Shown here: in pieces, positions 1 to 7,562 of the stretch
Position numbering within the stretch: the stretch's first letter is position 1
Layout of the letters: each line of letters begins with the position of its first letter
NCBI GenBank assembly: GCA_964355785.1
Contig: CAYHEU010000001.1
Location: forward strand, 1 to 35,207
Source: an uncultured Candidatus Saccharibacteria bacterium
GTDB lineage: Bacteria; Patescibacteriota; Minisyncoccia; UBA6257; 2-01-FULL-56-20
DNA: 35,207 bases
Reading direction: 5' to 3'
The notes under the pieces: model-generated
The model's input: only the letters and a program-made list of their open reading frames with translations
The model's database searches: none
What the model was told of the DNA's origin: nothing
Translations under genes and position numbers: made by a program

Positions 1-62
1 ATCTGCTACTTCACATTTTAAAGGAAAAAATATAAAATGAAAAGCAGTTACAATTAGATGAC

Positions 63-133
63 GGGCCTATAGTAAAATGGTATTACGGATCCATGGCATG
101 GATCAGGCCGGGGTTCGATTCCCCGTAGGTCCA
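63..133 (+). tRNA. tRNA-Ala (anticodon GGC)
   Basis: Hand-folded cloverleaf. Acceptor GGGCCTA/TAGGTCC with the G3:U70 Ala identity pair. D stem GTAA/TTAC. Anticodon stem GATCC/GGATC with loop AT-GGC-AT. T arm CGGGG-TTCGATT-CCCCG. Discriminator A, followed by CAC, so no encoded CCA. Confidence 0.85.
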
Positions 134-135
134 CA

Positions 136-162
136 CTTCGCCTTCGTGGAACGAAGGCGAAG
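136..162. other. Perfect 11-bp hairpin directly 3' of tRNA-Ala(GGC)
   Basis: CTTCGCCTTCG-TGGAA-CGAAGGCGAAG. No U-tract follows, so it is not a classical intrinsic terminator. It lies between the tRNA 3' end and the yvcK start. Confidence 0.6.
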
Positions 163-174
163 TATAAACCGCTG

Positions 175-1140
175 ATGAAAAAGAAACCAAAAATTGTCGT
201 GATGGGCGGAGGTACGGGAACCTTCACCGTCCTCACCGGACTCAAAAAATATCCCCTCCAGCTCACCGCAATCGTTTCCATGGCGGACGACGGGGGCTCG
301 ACTGGAATTCTCCGCGATGAATTGGGAGTTCTTCCGCCGGGCGACGTGCGGCAGTGCCTCGTTGCGCTCTCACGCTCCGATCGCCTCATGCGGAATCTTA
401 TGAACTACCGTTTCGCGAATGGAAAACTCGGAGGACACAGCTTCGGGAATCTCCTTCTCTCCGCCCTTGAAAAGATCACCGGAAGTTTCGACTCTGCCGT
501 TGAAAAAGTTTCTGAAGTGCTCCGCCTTCAAGGGAATGTGGTACCCGTAACCTTGAAAAAAATAAAGCTTGTCGCCCACCTTAAGAACGGCGTTGTCGTC
601 ACGGGGCAAAGCGCCGTCCATGAGCACGATTTGAGCGATATGAAAAAGATCGCGCTCGAACCCAAAGCGAAGGCAAATCCAAAAGCGCTCGCCGCGATAC
701 GAGACGCAAACTTTATCGTAATCGGTCCCGGCGATTTCTACTCAAGCCTCGTTCCAAATCTGCTCGTTGCCGCCATACCCCAGGCGATAAGAAAAAGCCG
801 CGCGAAGAAAATCTATATATCTAACCTCATGACCAAAACCGAACATACCGACGGTTTTACCGTCAAAGATTATACGAAAGAGATAGAACACTACCTCGGG
901 GGAAAGATGGATTACGTGATTTATAACAATAAGCGTCCGAGTGCCCGGCTCCTCCACCGCTACGCGCGCGAAGGCGAACGATTCGTGGAATTAAACGCAA
1001 AACTTCCCAAGAAAAAATTCTTCGGCGCAGATCTTGTGAGTAAAAAATTTCCGAAACAACATAGAGGCGACCTTATGAAACGAAATCTCATCCGCCACAA
1101 TCCCGAAGCGCTTGCCAGGCTCATCATGAAGCTTCTCTAA
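175..1140 (+). CDS. yvcK: YvcK/CofD-like (UPF0052, gluconeogenesis-factor family) protein
   Basis: 321-aa ORF. N-terminal KIVVMGGGTGTFTVLTGLK, then SMADDGGSTGILRDELGVLPPGDVRQCLVAL and IVIGPGDFYSSLVPNL, all typical of the YvcK/CofD family. Confidence 0.85.
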   Translation: MKKKPKIVVMGGGTGTFTVLTGLKKYPLQLTAIVSMADDGGSTGILRDELGVLPPGDVRQCLVALSRSDRLMRNLMNYRFANGKLGGHSFGNLLLSALEKITGSFDSAVEKVSEVLRLQGNVVPVTLKKIKLVAHLKNGVVVTGQSAVHEHDLSDMKKIALEPKAKANPKALAAIRDANFIVIGPGDFYSSLVPNLLVAAIPQAIRKSRAKKIYISNLMTKTEHTDGFTVKDYTKEIEHYLGGKMDYVIYNNKRPSARLLHRYAREGERFVELNAKLPKKKFFGADLVSKKFPKQHRGDLMKRNLIRHNPEALARLIMKLL

Positions 1141-1155
1141 AGATACCTCCTGCCC

Positions 1156-1184
1156 TTGAAAAAATAGCCGCTTTTAAGTACAAT
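1156..1184 (+). promoter_or_regulatory. Sigma-70-like promoter (TTGAAA-17 nt-TACAAT)
   Basis: -35 TTGAAA (1156-1161), a 17-nt spacer, then -10 TACAAT (1179-1184). It lies about 50 nt upstream of the GGGAGG RBS and GTG start at 1234. Confidence 0.55.
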
Positions 1185-1233
1185 AAATTTAGTTTCCTTT
1201 TACAAACAACTTCTTTCTCTAGGGAGGTGTGCC

Positions 1234-1590
1234 GTGTGCCACATCGGGAATAGAGAAGGCCCGCTCCACGAAGCAATCATCGAACGGCTTTCGTACCTCT
1301 ACGATTTCGCATGCGGAGAGCAGGACGTTCTCTGCGACATCGGGTTCGAGGAACTGGGAACGCGCCTGGGAAATGTTGAGGGTGTGCGCGTCGCTCCCGA
1401 CGGTTTTCCATACCTCATCTTCGGGCCCACCACGGACCACGAGGCGTTCGTTTACTATTTCGACGGGACGGATCCTCTACGCACGCTCCACGGGGATATC
1501 ATGGCCGCAGATGGCCTGTGTCGTAAAGACAGGGTCGCCCTGTATCGCGAAGACAAGCCGGGTCACTGGGCAAAAATCAAAACGAGCTGA
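1234..1590 (+). CDS. Hypothetical protein (118 aa), first gene of a GC-rich two-gene cassette
   Basis: GTG start 6 nt after GGGAGG (1222-1227). No recognisable motifs. The region is noticeably more GC-rich than its neighbours. It is tightly followed by the GNAT gene. Confidence 0.6.
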   Translation: MCHIGNREGPLHEAIIERLSYLYDFACGEQDVLCDIGFEELGTRLGNVEGVRVAPDGFPYLIFGPTTDHEAFVYYFDGTDPLRTLHGDIMAADGLCRKDRVALYREDKPGHWAKIKTS

Positions 1591-1604
1591 AAAGGAGATT
1601 CCTG

Positions 1605-2144
1605 GTGGAAACGAACAGTATTGTCGTGCGCCGCGCTTCCGAAGGAGACATTCCCGCGATGACTGAGGTGAACATGGAATGTTTCCACGGCGACCGAGGA
1701 AGCCCCGTGAGCGCTACCAAATGGCTCATGTGCCGGGTCAAATCCTTTCCTCTTTACCAGCTTTTCGTCATCGAAGTAGGTGGCAAGGTCGCTGGCTACG
1801 TGGGATGGGAAATTCATGGCGGATTTCTCCGGACCGAGCCCGTGGTGGAGTTAGAGCAAATCGGCATCCTTGAACAGGAGCGGAACCTCAAACTCGGCTC
1901 TCAACTCCAAGAGGAATCTCTGCGGGCGATAACTGACTGGGTGAAGGAGAACAACCCACGGATCGAGAGCTCCGTGAGCTTTGTCGTGTGGGTGTACGCA
2001 CACAACCTCCGTGCCATCAACATCTACCTCAAGGTCTTCACGGATGGCATCGTAGGGATGCGAACCCAGTACGGAAATCGTTCGGAAGTTATGCTCCGGC
2101 ACCGTGTCCCTCTCGTGGTCGGCGTACCCAAGGAAGAGCGGTAA
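1605..2144 (+). CDS. GNAT-family N-acetyltransferase
   Basis: 179-aa ORF with GTG start after AAGGAG. GNAT-like core: VIEVGGKVAGYVGWEI, then LEQIGILEQERNLKLGSQLQEESL (acetyl-CoA motif A-like). Confidence 0.8.
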   Translation: METNSIVVRRASEGDIPAMTEVNMECFHGDRGSPVSATKWLMCRVKSFPLYQLFVIEVGGKVAGYVGWEIHGGFLRTEPVVELEQIGILEQERNLKLGSQLQEESLRAITDWVKENNPRIESSVSFVVWVYAHNLRAINIYLKVFTDGIVGMRTQYGNRSEVMLRHRVPLVVGVPKEER

Positions 2145-2152
2145 CAATCTAT

Positions 2153-2194
2153 GCGCCGTGTGGGTCTCCCGGGATTCAACGGCGCTTTTTCTTT
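2153..2194 (+). terminator. Rho-independent terminator of the hypothetical-GNAT cassette
   Basis: Stem GCGCCGT (2153-2159) / ACGGCGC (2179-2185) followed by TTTTTCTTT. Starts 9 nt after the GNAT stop codon. Confidence 0.6.
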
Positions 2195-2236
2195 ACGAGG
2201 AAAAATTCTTCGAGTAAAATAACAAGAGTGCAACGA

Positions 2237-2302
2237 GGGCCTATAGCTTAGTGGCACCCGCCCGACCGAACACATCGGTCGTTCGGGCGGGGAGCATCCG
2301 GT
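2237..2302 (+). pseudogene. Truncated 5' half of tRNA-Ala(UGC), positions 1 to about 32, interrupted by a 35-nt hairpin in the D-loop
   Basis: 2237-2256 (GGGCCTATAGCTTAGTGGCA) and 2292-2302 (GAGCATCCGGT) are identical to nt 1-31 of the intact tRNA at 2540. Identity stops in the anticodon loop. No anticodon 3' strand, T arm or acceptor 3' strand follows. Confidence 0.75.
2257..2291 (+). repeat. Structured palindromic mini-element, family 1 (CCCGCCCGAC...GTCGTTCGGGCGGG)
   Basis: CCCGCCCGAC-CGAACACATCG-GTCGTTCGGGCGGG. 9-bp outer stem, 4-bp inner stem CCGA/TCGG, and a 3' TCGT bulge. It shares its 10-nt and 14-nt termini with the copy at 13240..13275. Confidence 0.8.
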
Positions 2303-2305
2303 AGT

Positions 2306-2554
2306 ATGTACACTGTATATATTCTTCAAGACAGCCGAGGAAAATTGTATAAAGGAATGACGAATAATCTGAAAAGAAGGTTGAAAGAACACCGAAGTGG
2401 ACACACGAAGACAACTTCACGTATGATCAATATCTCTGTGGTATATACCGAAACATTCAAGGAGTTAGGTTCGGCAAGAAAACGAGAGCTGTACCTTAAA
2501 TCCGCCGCCGGCAGAAGATTCTTGAAGAAGATACTGCAAGGGCCTATAGCTTAG
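2306..2554 (+). CDS. GIY-YIG nuclease-superfamily protein (short UPF0213-like, 82 aa)
   Basis: N-terminus YTVYILQDSRGKLYKGMTNNLKRRLKEH matches the GIY-(10-11)-YxG...R...E pattern. The ATG lies 4 nt after the tRNA-fragment homology ends. The last 5 codons and the stop (GPIA*) are encoded by the first 15 nt of the intact tRNA-Ala. Confidence 0.8.
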   Translation: MYTVYILQDSRGKLYKGMTNNLKRRLKEHRSGHTKTTSRMINISVVYTETFKELGSARKRELYLKSAAGRRFLKKILQGPIA

Positions 2555-2610
2555 TGGCAGAGCATCCGGTTTGCATCCGGAAGATGGGGGTTCGATTCCC
2601 CCTAGGTCCA
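2540..2610 (+). tRNA. tRNA-Ala (anticodon UGC)
   Basis: Acceptor GGGCCTA/TAGGTCC with G3:U70. D arm GCTT-AGTGGCA-GAGC. Anticodon stem TCCGG/CCGGA with loop TT-TGC-AT. T arm GGGGG-TTCGATT-CCCCC. Discriminator A, no encoded CCA. Confidence 0.9.
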
Positions 2611-2617
2611 CGAAAAA

Positions 2618-3241
2618 ATGCAAAAACGCGTTTTCATAATTCACGGTTGGGATAGCTCCCCTTACGACGCATGGATCCCATGGCTTTGGACGGAGCTCGA
2701 GAACCATGACTTCAAGGTGGAGGTTCCTCTAATGCCGAACGCACAGGCGCCGGAGATAGAAATCTGGGTGAGCCACTTGAAGAATCTCGTGGGCGATCCG
2801 GACGAAGAAACTTATTTCGTGGGACACAGCGTCGGATGCCAAGCCATTATTCGCTATCTCGAATCACTCGAGGAAGGAACGAAAGTCGGCGGCGCAGTTT
2901 TTGTGGGAGGGTGGTTCACCTTGAGCGGTGATGCAATGAAAACCGAGGAGGAAAAGGAAGTTGCCCTCCCGTGGCTCGAGACGCCAATTGATTTCGAGAA
3001 AGCGAAAAGAGTCACGACGAATTTCGCCGCAGTGCTTTCAGATAATGACCCCTATGTACCCCTCAAGGACAATAAAGAAATTTTTCAAGAAAAGTTCTCT
3101 GCCCGAGTGATCATCGAGCACAACAAGGGACATTTCAGCCGAGAAGACAACATTACCGAGCTTCCGATCACGCTCGATCTGCTTCTTGATATGGTATATC
3201 AAAAAGATAAATTAGGCGTGGATGAGGAAACTTCTTCTTAG
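2618..3241 (+). CDS. Alpha/beta serine hydrolase (YdeN/RBBP9-like Ser_hydrolase family)
   Basis: 207 aa. FIIHGWDSS, nucleophile elbow VGHSVGC, LSDNDPYVP and HNKGHF form a Ser-Asp-His arrangement typical of this family. The ATG is only 7 nt after the tRNA-Ala 3' end. Confidence 0.8.
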   Translation: MQKRVFIIHGWDSSPYDAWIPWLWTELENHDFKVEVPLMPNAQAPEIEIWVSHLKNLVGDPDEETYFVGHSVGCQAIIRYLESLEEGTKVGGAVFVGGWFTLSGDAMKTEEEKEVALPWLETPIDFEKAKRVTTNFAAVLSDNDPYVPLKDNKEIFQEKFSARVIIEHNKGHFSREDNITELPITLDLLLDMVYQKDKLGVDEETSS

Positions 3242-3264
3242 AAAACTTGGGGTATTCGGTTCAT

Positions 3265-6200
3265 CTACTGACTGAAGTTTTTCATGAGCTCATTCATCTT
3301 CCCCCTCGTCTTCGGCCCCACATAGCCGAAGGCGGAGTCATCCTCGGTCGTGATACCGTGCTTCAACTGGAAGCGCTGAACGGCGCGTTTCGTGAGCGGC
3401 CCGAAATAGCCGGTCACGAGGGCTTCGGGATAGATCTCCGATCCTTGTGAGGAGAGGAACTCTTGGAGAATTTTTACTTCGTCATCCTTGAGGCCAGGGT
3501 AAAGGGGTTTCGTGAAGGTGTGCTGTGGAACGCTCCCGGTTGGGGCAGACATTCCCCCGCCCCCTAATAAGGCATTGAGCTTCGTCTGAAGCACGGCGAG
3601 CTGTGTGAGGAACTCCTGGATGCGCGCCTGGATTCCCGAGGAAGAAGAAGGCGATGGGAGAAAAACGGGAGGGCTTGAGGTGGACGTCGTGGTCGAAACA
3701 ATTGGCGCGGGCGGTGGCGAATAGCCGGAGTAGTTTCCGGAGATGGTGACGGCAGGATTCGTTACACCTCCGCTTGAGGGGCAGGCGGTGGTGCCTTGGG
3801 TGATCGCGGTGGCATCGGAACTCTGCACGCCATCGCCATTTCTCACCCGTGCTTTCCAGGTATAGCTGGTATCGCAGGTAAGGCCGGTCGCGGTCCAGGT
3901 GTTCGTCTGTATCCAGTCGGAGTTCGGGTTGCCATCGGTGCTACTTGCGTAGAAGTAATATCCCGAGGAACTTGCTGTGGGGTTGTTGATCGCGGTGACG
4001 GAGAGCCCCACGCTTGTGCCAGCGACGGAGGTGGTGGCGAAGCCGAGGGGGGAAGTTGCGACAGCTTTGGTGTATCTCAAGAACGGAGAGGAGAGCGCTG
4101 AAACGTTCGTGGATGATGCGGCATCACGCACCTGCGCTTGGAAAGAATATTGGGTGTTCGCGGTGAGACCGGTCTTACTCCACAGATTTGACGACTGAAA
4201 TCCAGCACTACTCGACGTTATGCCCTCGCGGAAGTAATACGGGGTGGAATTGAGTCCGGAGCTTGTGTCGGTTGCATTATTGATTCTCACCTGAATCGAG
4301 ATATAAGTGAAAAGAGTGGTCGTTGAAAGCGAAAACCCGCTCGGGGCTGTCGTATCGATCTTGAATGCCCGCGTCGTGTAGCCGTCCGAGACCACATTGT
4401 CAACATCTAAGGCGATCTCGTGAACATAATAGGTGCCATCTCCCGAGAGCGAGCTCGAGGCAATCGTGAAGGCGCCATCGACATCCGTAGTGCCGCTTGC
4501 GTTCACCGTTGAGGTTGACGCGGTGGAACTTTGATTGAAAAGGTATTTGTAAGTTGTTGAGGCATCGTCCGTAAATCCTAAACCGACATCAATCGTCGTC
4601 GTGCTGTACCACGTGGTGCTCGTGGAGTGCGATGCGCTTGTGATAACTGGATTACTCGGAATCACGTTTTCGTACGCGCCGACATCATAGTACGTTATCG
4701 TACCGCTCCCGCTATTAGTAATACCCAGTGTGTCATACCGGCTACGGCCAAGATAATCAGTTGAAGTCGCTCCAAAATTACTCGTGCCCGCGTCAATAAT
4801 TGTAGAACTTGTGAAGAGACGGAAGTCGAAGGTGGAAGAAGAACGGTAGAGGGGGTTTACGAAATAACTATTGGTGCTGGTGCCAGCGCTGAGATTCGCG
4901 CTATTTGCCCAGAAATCGTTGAAGGCAAGCGATGATGACGCGGCGTCCGATGCACCTCCGGAGAAATTCACGGCAGTGTCATTCTGCGAAAAGATGGAAT
5001 TGTACACGGTCGTATAATTCGGACTGACGGTTATTATGCCCGTGCCGTTCCCGTGGAATACCGAGTTCCGGACCGTGGTGGACGCGCGGTTGTCGATCGC
5101 GTACTGGCCGCTGTTATTGTAAAACAAGCTGTTATCAAGCGTGAGCTGCGCATTGGAAGCTGTCTGAACTCCGGTCGTGCCGCTATGGTGGATCTTTAAT
5201 TTATTCGCGTTCACCACCGAACCGTTTGTTGCTTGCAAAGCCTTATTTGAAGTGGTCCCCGACGCTTGATAATTGGAAATCGTTACGGTGCTGCTGTTTA
5301 CGCTGATTCCTACGCCGGCGAGTCCGGAGACATAGATATTATTAAGAGTGACATTAGATGCGGTGTTAGTAATCTCTATTCCGGTGCCGGCAGTGTTTTG
5401 TATGGTAGCGGTCGCAACGGTCGCGTTAGCGCCGGCAATAGTGATGCCCACACCGGTCCCTGTTGTTGTTACATTAATCGCATTACTCCCATTTCCTCCT
5501 AAATACAGGCCGGTTGCACTCCCGCCGTTGAAGATGATATCCCTTGCCGTAAAATTATTCGCGGCATTAAGGATTCCATAGCTCGTGCCTACAACAGTGC
5601 CATTTTTGACGGTGGTGCTCGCTGTCGTACCGGCCTCAAGACGTACGCCGATATCAACAGAACTCGGATTCATGGTAAGTCCCGTAAGATCCACCGTGGA
5701 GGTTCCGGAGCCGTTCAGATAGATACCATAAAGTCCGGAAGAAATGGTGGTGCTTGTAAAATTAATATTCCACACCGCGCCGCCTGATAGCGAGATTGGC
5801 GATCGGCTAGCCCCGGAGTTAAAGGTCACATTGTTCAGATTGATCCTGCTGGCATTCCCTCCTTGTAAAAGAAGGACGCTGTTTATGAAATTCGTGCTCG
5901 AAACATTGAGTATCACCTCCCCCGCCGTATCTTGCGATAAAATAAGACCGCTTGAACTGCTTGAGATGGTGGAATTGGTGAGCGAACTCGTTCTTGTTAT
6001 GCCGTCGTTCGCGTAGGTGCTAAACCCAAGACAGTGGCCGTTGCCCACGCACGTCACATTGTTCGCGTCAGTTTGCGCGGTGGTTCCATGGTCCATGGCG
6101 CCGCCAGGATTGTTGGCGAGATATGCCCCTTCCACGCTCCCAGACGACGTATCATGGAATGAAATGCCGTCATCGCCGTTGTCGGTGCTTGTGACATTCG

Positions 6201-6981
6201 TATATGCCACACTGGTCGAGCCGTTTTGTTGGAACCCGTCGTTCTCGCTGTTATATGCTTCCAAATTATTGACTGTTATCCCGCTCGCCGATCCGCCGGT
6301 TAGAATGTGCCAGGCGTTGGATGCAGGCGACCTTAATATAAAATTATTGAATGCAACATTGCTCACGTTTGGAGAAATGGCGATCGCATACGTTCGAGAC
6401 GATACCTCGATCGTGCCGCCTGTTGGGTTTGCCCCGATATTCACGAAGAGCTCATTCGCGGTCCAATCCCACTGGTTCAAGCTCAAGCTCGCAAAATTGC
6501 CATCACTGGGAGCAAGATTAGTTACGGCAGCGGTTGAAGTCCCCACGGTAACATTCCCCGTAACTCCGGCCAGCGCCGATGAACTTGCCCTATAAATATT
6601 CCCCGAGTACACGGCCCATGTGCCGTTCAGATTCTCCGAGCCGTAGATGGTTGGTTTTGTGCCAGAGCCATAGTCCTGATATACGATAGGGTTTGCGACT
6701 GTACCCGAGACGCTCACCGTAAGCTGTTCCCGCCAGATTTCTCCGCGCTTGAAATTGACGGTATCGCCCGACTGGAAAATAGAAGATGATGCATTTACCT
6801 TGGCGATGGTCCGCCACGCTGTGCTTGAAGCAGTGCCGTTATTGGAGTCGCTTCCTCCGGTTGCATCCACAAAGTAGCTCGCGGCGAGGGTGAGGTTAAA
6901 AAGCGCGAGATAGTGTAGTACCGCAAGCAAGAGGGTTATGGAAAGCGCTTTCCTGTATCGGCTATGGTGATGAAAAAACAT
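3265..6981 (-). CDS. Giant secreted surface protein: right-handed beta-helix repeats, FN3-like repeats, C-terminal coiled coil and peptidoglycan-binding-like domain
   Basis: 1238 aa. N-terminal hydrophobic signal/anchor (ALSITLLLAVLHYLALF). Long N/S/T/G-rich repeats (…NNSGQYAIDN…, VFHGNGTGI) typical of pectate-lyase-like beta-helices. Two FN3-like units (…GLTANTQYSFQAQVRD…, …GLTCDTSYTWKARVRNGDG). C-terminal LKDDEVKILQEFLS…GYFGPLTKRAVQRFQ resembles PG_binding_1. Confidence 0.85.
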   Translation of the reverse strand: MFFHHHSRYRKALSITLLLAVLHYLALFNLTLAASYFVDATGGSDSNNGTASSTAWRTIAKVNASSSIFQSGDTVNFKRGEIWREQLTVSVSGTVANPIVYQDYGSGTKPTIYGSENLNGTWAVYSGNIYRASSSALAGVTGNVTVGTSTAAVTNLAPSDGNFASLSLNQWDWTANELFVNIGANPTGGTIEVSSRTYAIAISPNVSNVAFNNFILRSPASNAWHILTGGSASGITVNNLEAYNSENDGFQQNGSTSVAYTNVTSTDNGDDGISFHDTSSGSVEGAYLANNPGGAMDHGTTAQTDANNVTCVGNGHCLGFSTYANDGITRTSSLTNSTISSSSSGLILSQDTAGEVILNVSSTNFINSVLLLQGGNASRINLNNVTFNSGASRSPISLSGGAVWNINFTSTTISSGLYGIYLNGSGTSTVDLTGLTMNPSSVDIGVRLEAGTTASTTVKNGTVVGTSYGILNAANNFTARDIIFNGGSATGLYLGGNGSNAINVTTTGTGVGITIAGANATVATATIQNTAGTGIEITNTASNVTLNNIYVSGLAGVGISVNSSTVTISNYQASGTTSNKALQATNGSVVNANKLKIHHSGTTGVQTASNAQLTLDNSLFYNNSGQYAIDNRASTTVRNSVFHGNGTGIITVSPNYTTVYNSIFSQNDTAVNFSGGASDAASSSLAFNDFWANSANLSAGTSTNSYFVNPLYRSSSTFDFRLFTSSTIIDAGTSNFGATSTDYLGRSRYDTLGITNSGSGTITYYDVGAYENVIPSNPVITSASHSTSTTWYSTTTIDVGLGFTDDASTTYKYLFNQSSTASTSTVNASGTTDVDGAFTIASSSLSGDGTYYVHEIALDVDNVVSDGYTTRAFKIDTTAPSGFSLSTTTLFTYISIQVRINNATDTSSGLNSTPYYFREGITSSSAGFQSSNLWSKTGLTANTQYSFQAQVRDAASSTNVSALSSPFLRYTKAVATSPLGFATTSVAGTSVGLSVTAINNPTASSSGYYFYASSTDGNPNSDWIQTNTWTATGLTCDTSYTWKARVRNGDGVQSSDATAITQGTTACPSSGGVTNPAVTISGNYSGYSPPPAPIVSTTTSTSSPPVFLPSPSSSSGIQARIQEFLTQLAVLQTKLNALLGGGGMSAPTGSVPQHTFTKPLYPGLKDDEVKILQEFLSSQGSEIYPEALVTGYFGPLTKRAVQRFQLKHGITTEDDSAFGYVGPKTRGKMNELMKNFSQ

Positions 6982-7103
6982 CTTTCTCTGGATTATTCAA
7001 TAAAAATTATACAAGATATACTTCTTTCGTGGAAACTGCTTTTTGATCCACAGCTATTGAATTATTGTCCTTTCTCTACAAGAATATGGATGGGTTCGCA
7101 TAT

Positions 7104-7188
7104 GGAGGGTTGCGCCGAATGGTAAGGCACCAGTCTTGAAAACTGGGGCTCCGCAAGGGGCTTAGAGGTTCGAGTCCTCTACCCTCCG
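7104..7188 (+). tRNA. tRNA-Ser (anticodon UGA), class II with long variable arm
   Basis: Acceptor GGAGGGT/ACCCTCC. Anticodon stem CCAGT/ACTGG with loop CT-TGA-AA. 17-nt variable arm GGCTCCGCAAGGGGCTT. T arm AGAGG-TTCGAGT-CCTCT. Discriminator G, followed by CCC rather than CCA. Confidence 0.85.
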
Positions 7189-7264
7189 CCCGATTTTTTA
7201 TGTCATGAAGTGCTATAATAGCCGTATATTTCGAACAAAGGTCGAAAGTTTTTGAACCAAAATC

Positions 7265-7561
7265 ATGAGTAAAAAAACAATTGCAGTAGTGGTTATCATC
7301 ATCGTGATCGTTGGATTGATCTTTGTCGCGGGCGGTCCGCTCTGGATCGGGCAAAAAGGTTCTCCTGAATCTGAAACGGGAGAGCGACCAATAGAACAAA
7401 CTCCCGTTGCGACCGGAAATGTTGACGACGCGATAAGTGCCGCGCTTCAGGACATTGCGGGCGACGAAGCGGCGGTCGGCGAAACAGATTCTTCCATCTT
7501 TTCCGAGAATGATGAAGCGATAAATGGTTTTGGTCAATCGTTCGATACAACGCAACTTTAA
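7265..7561 (+). CDS. Small membrane-anchored acidic protein (hypothetical)
   Basis: 98 aa. N-terminal TM helix IAVVVIIIVIVGLIFVAGG followed by an acidic tail. No obvious SD. Its stop lies 1 nt before the next ATG. Confidence 0.55.
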   Translation: MSKKTIAVVVIIIVIVGLIFVAGGPLWIGQKGSPESETGERPIEQTPVATGNVDDAISAALQDIAGDEAAVGETDSSIFSENDEAINGFGQSFDTTQL

Positions 7562-7562
7562 T

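Noticed and set aside
2237-2610. Possibility that the GIY-YIG ORF sits in a group I intron splitting tRNA-Ala(UGC) in the anticodon loop.
   Set aside because: The downstream copy (2540..2610) is a complete, uninterrupted tRNA with its own 5' half, so no splicing is needed. The upstream piece lacks any 3' exon partner of its own. I could not recognise group I core helices (P3-P9) in the 240-nt interval, which is almost entirely ORF.
6017-6595. Long ORFs antisense to, or out of frame with, confident genes. Examples: 6017..6595+, 7299..8006-, 8556..9149-, 11635..12375+, 16823..17557+, 19445..19924+, 22790..23380+, 25929..26420+, 33561..34259+.
   Set aside because: Each lies entirely within, and opposite or out of frame to, a gene with clear family motifs. 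They have low-complexity or Arg/Ser/Pro-rich translations typical of shadow ORFs, and none has a convincing RBS.
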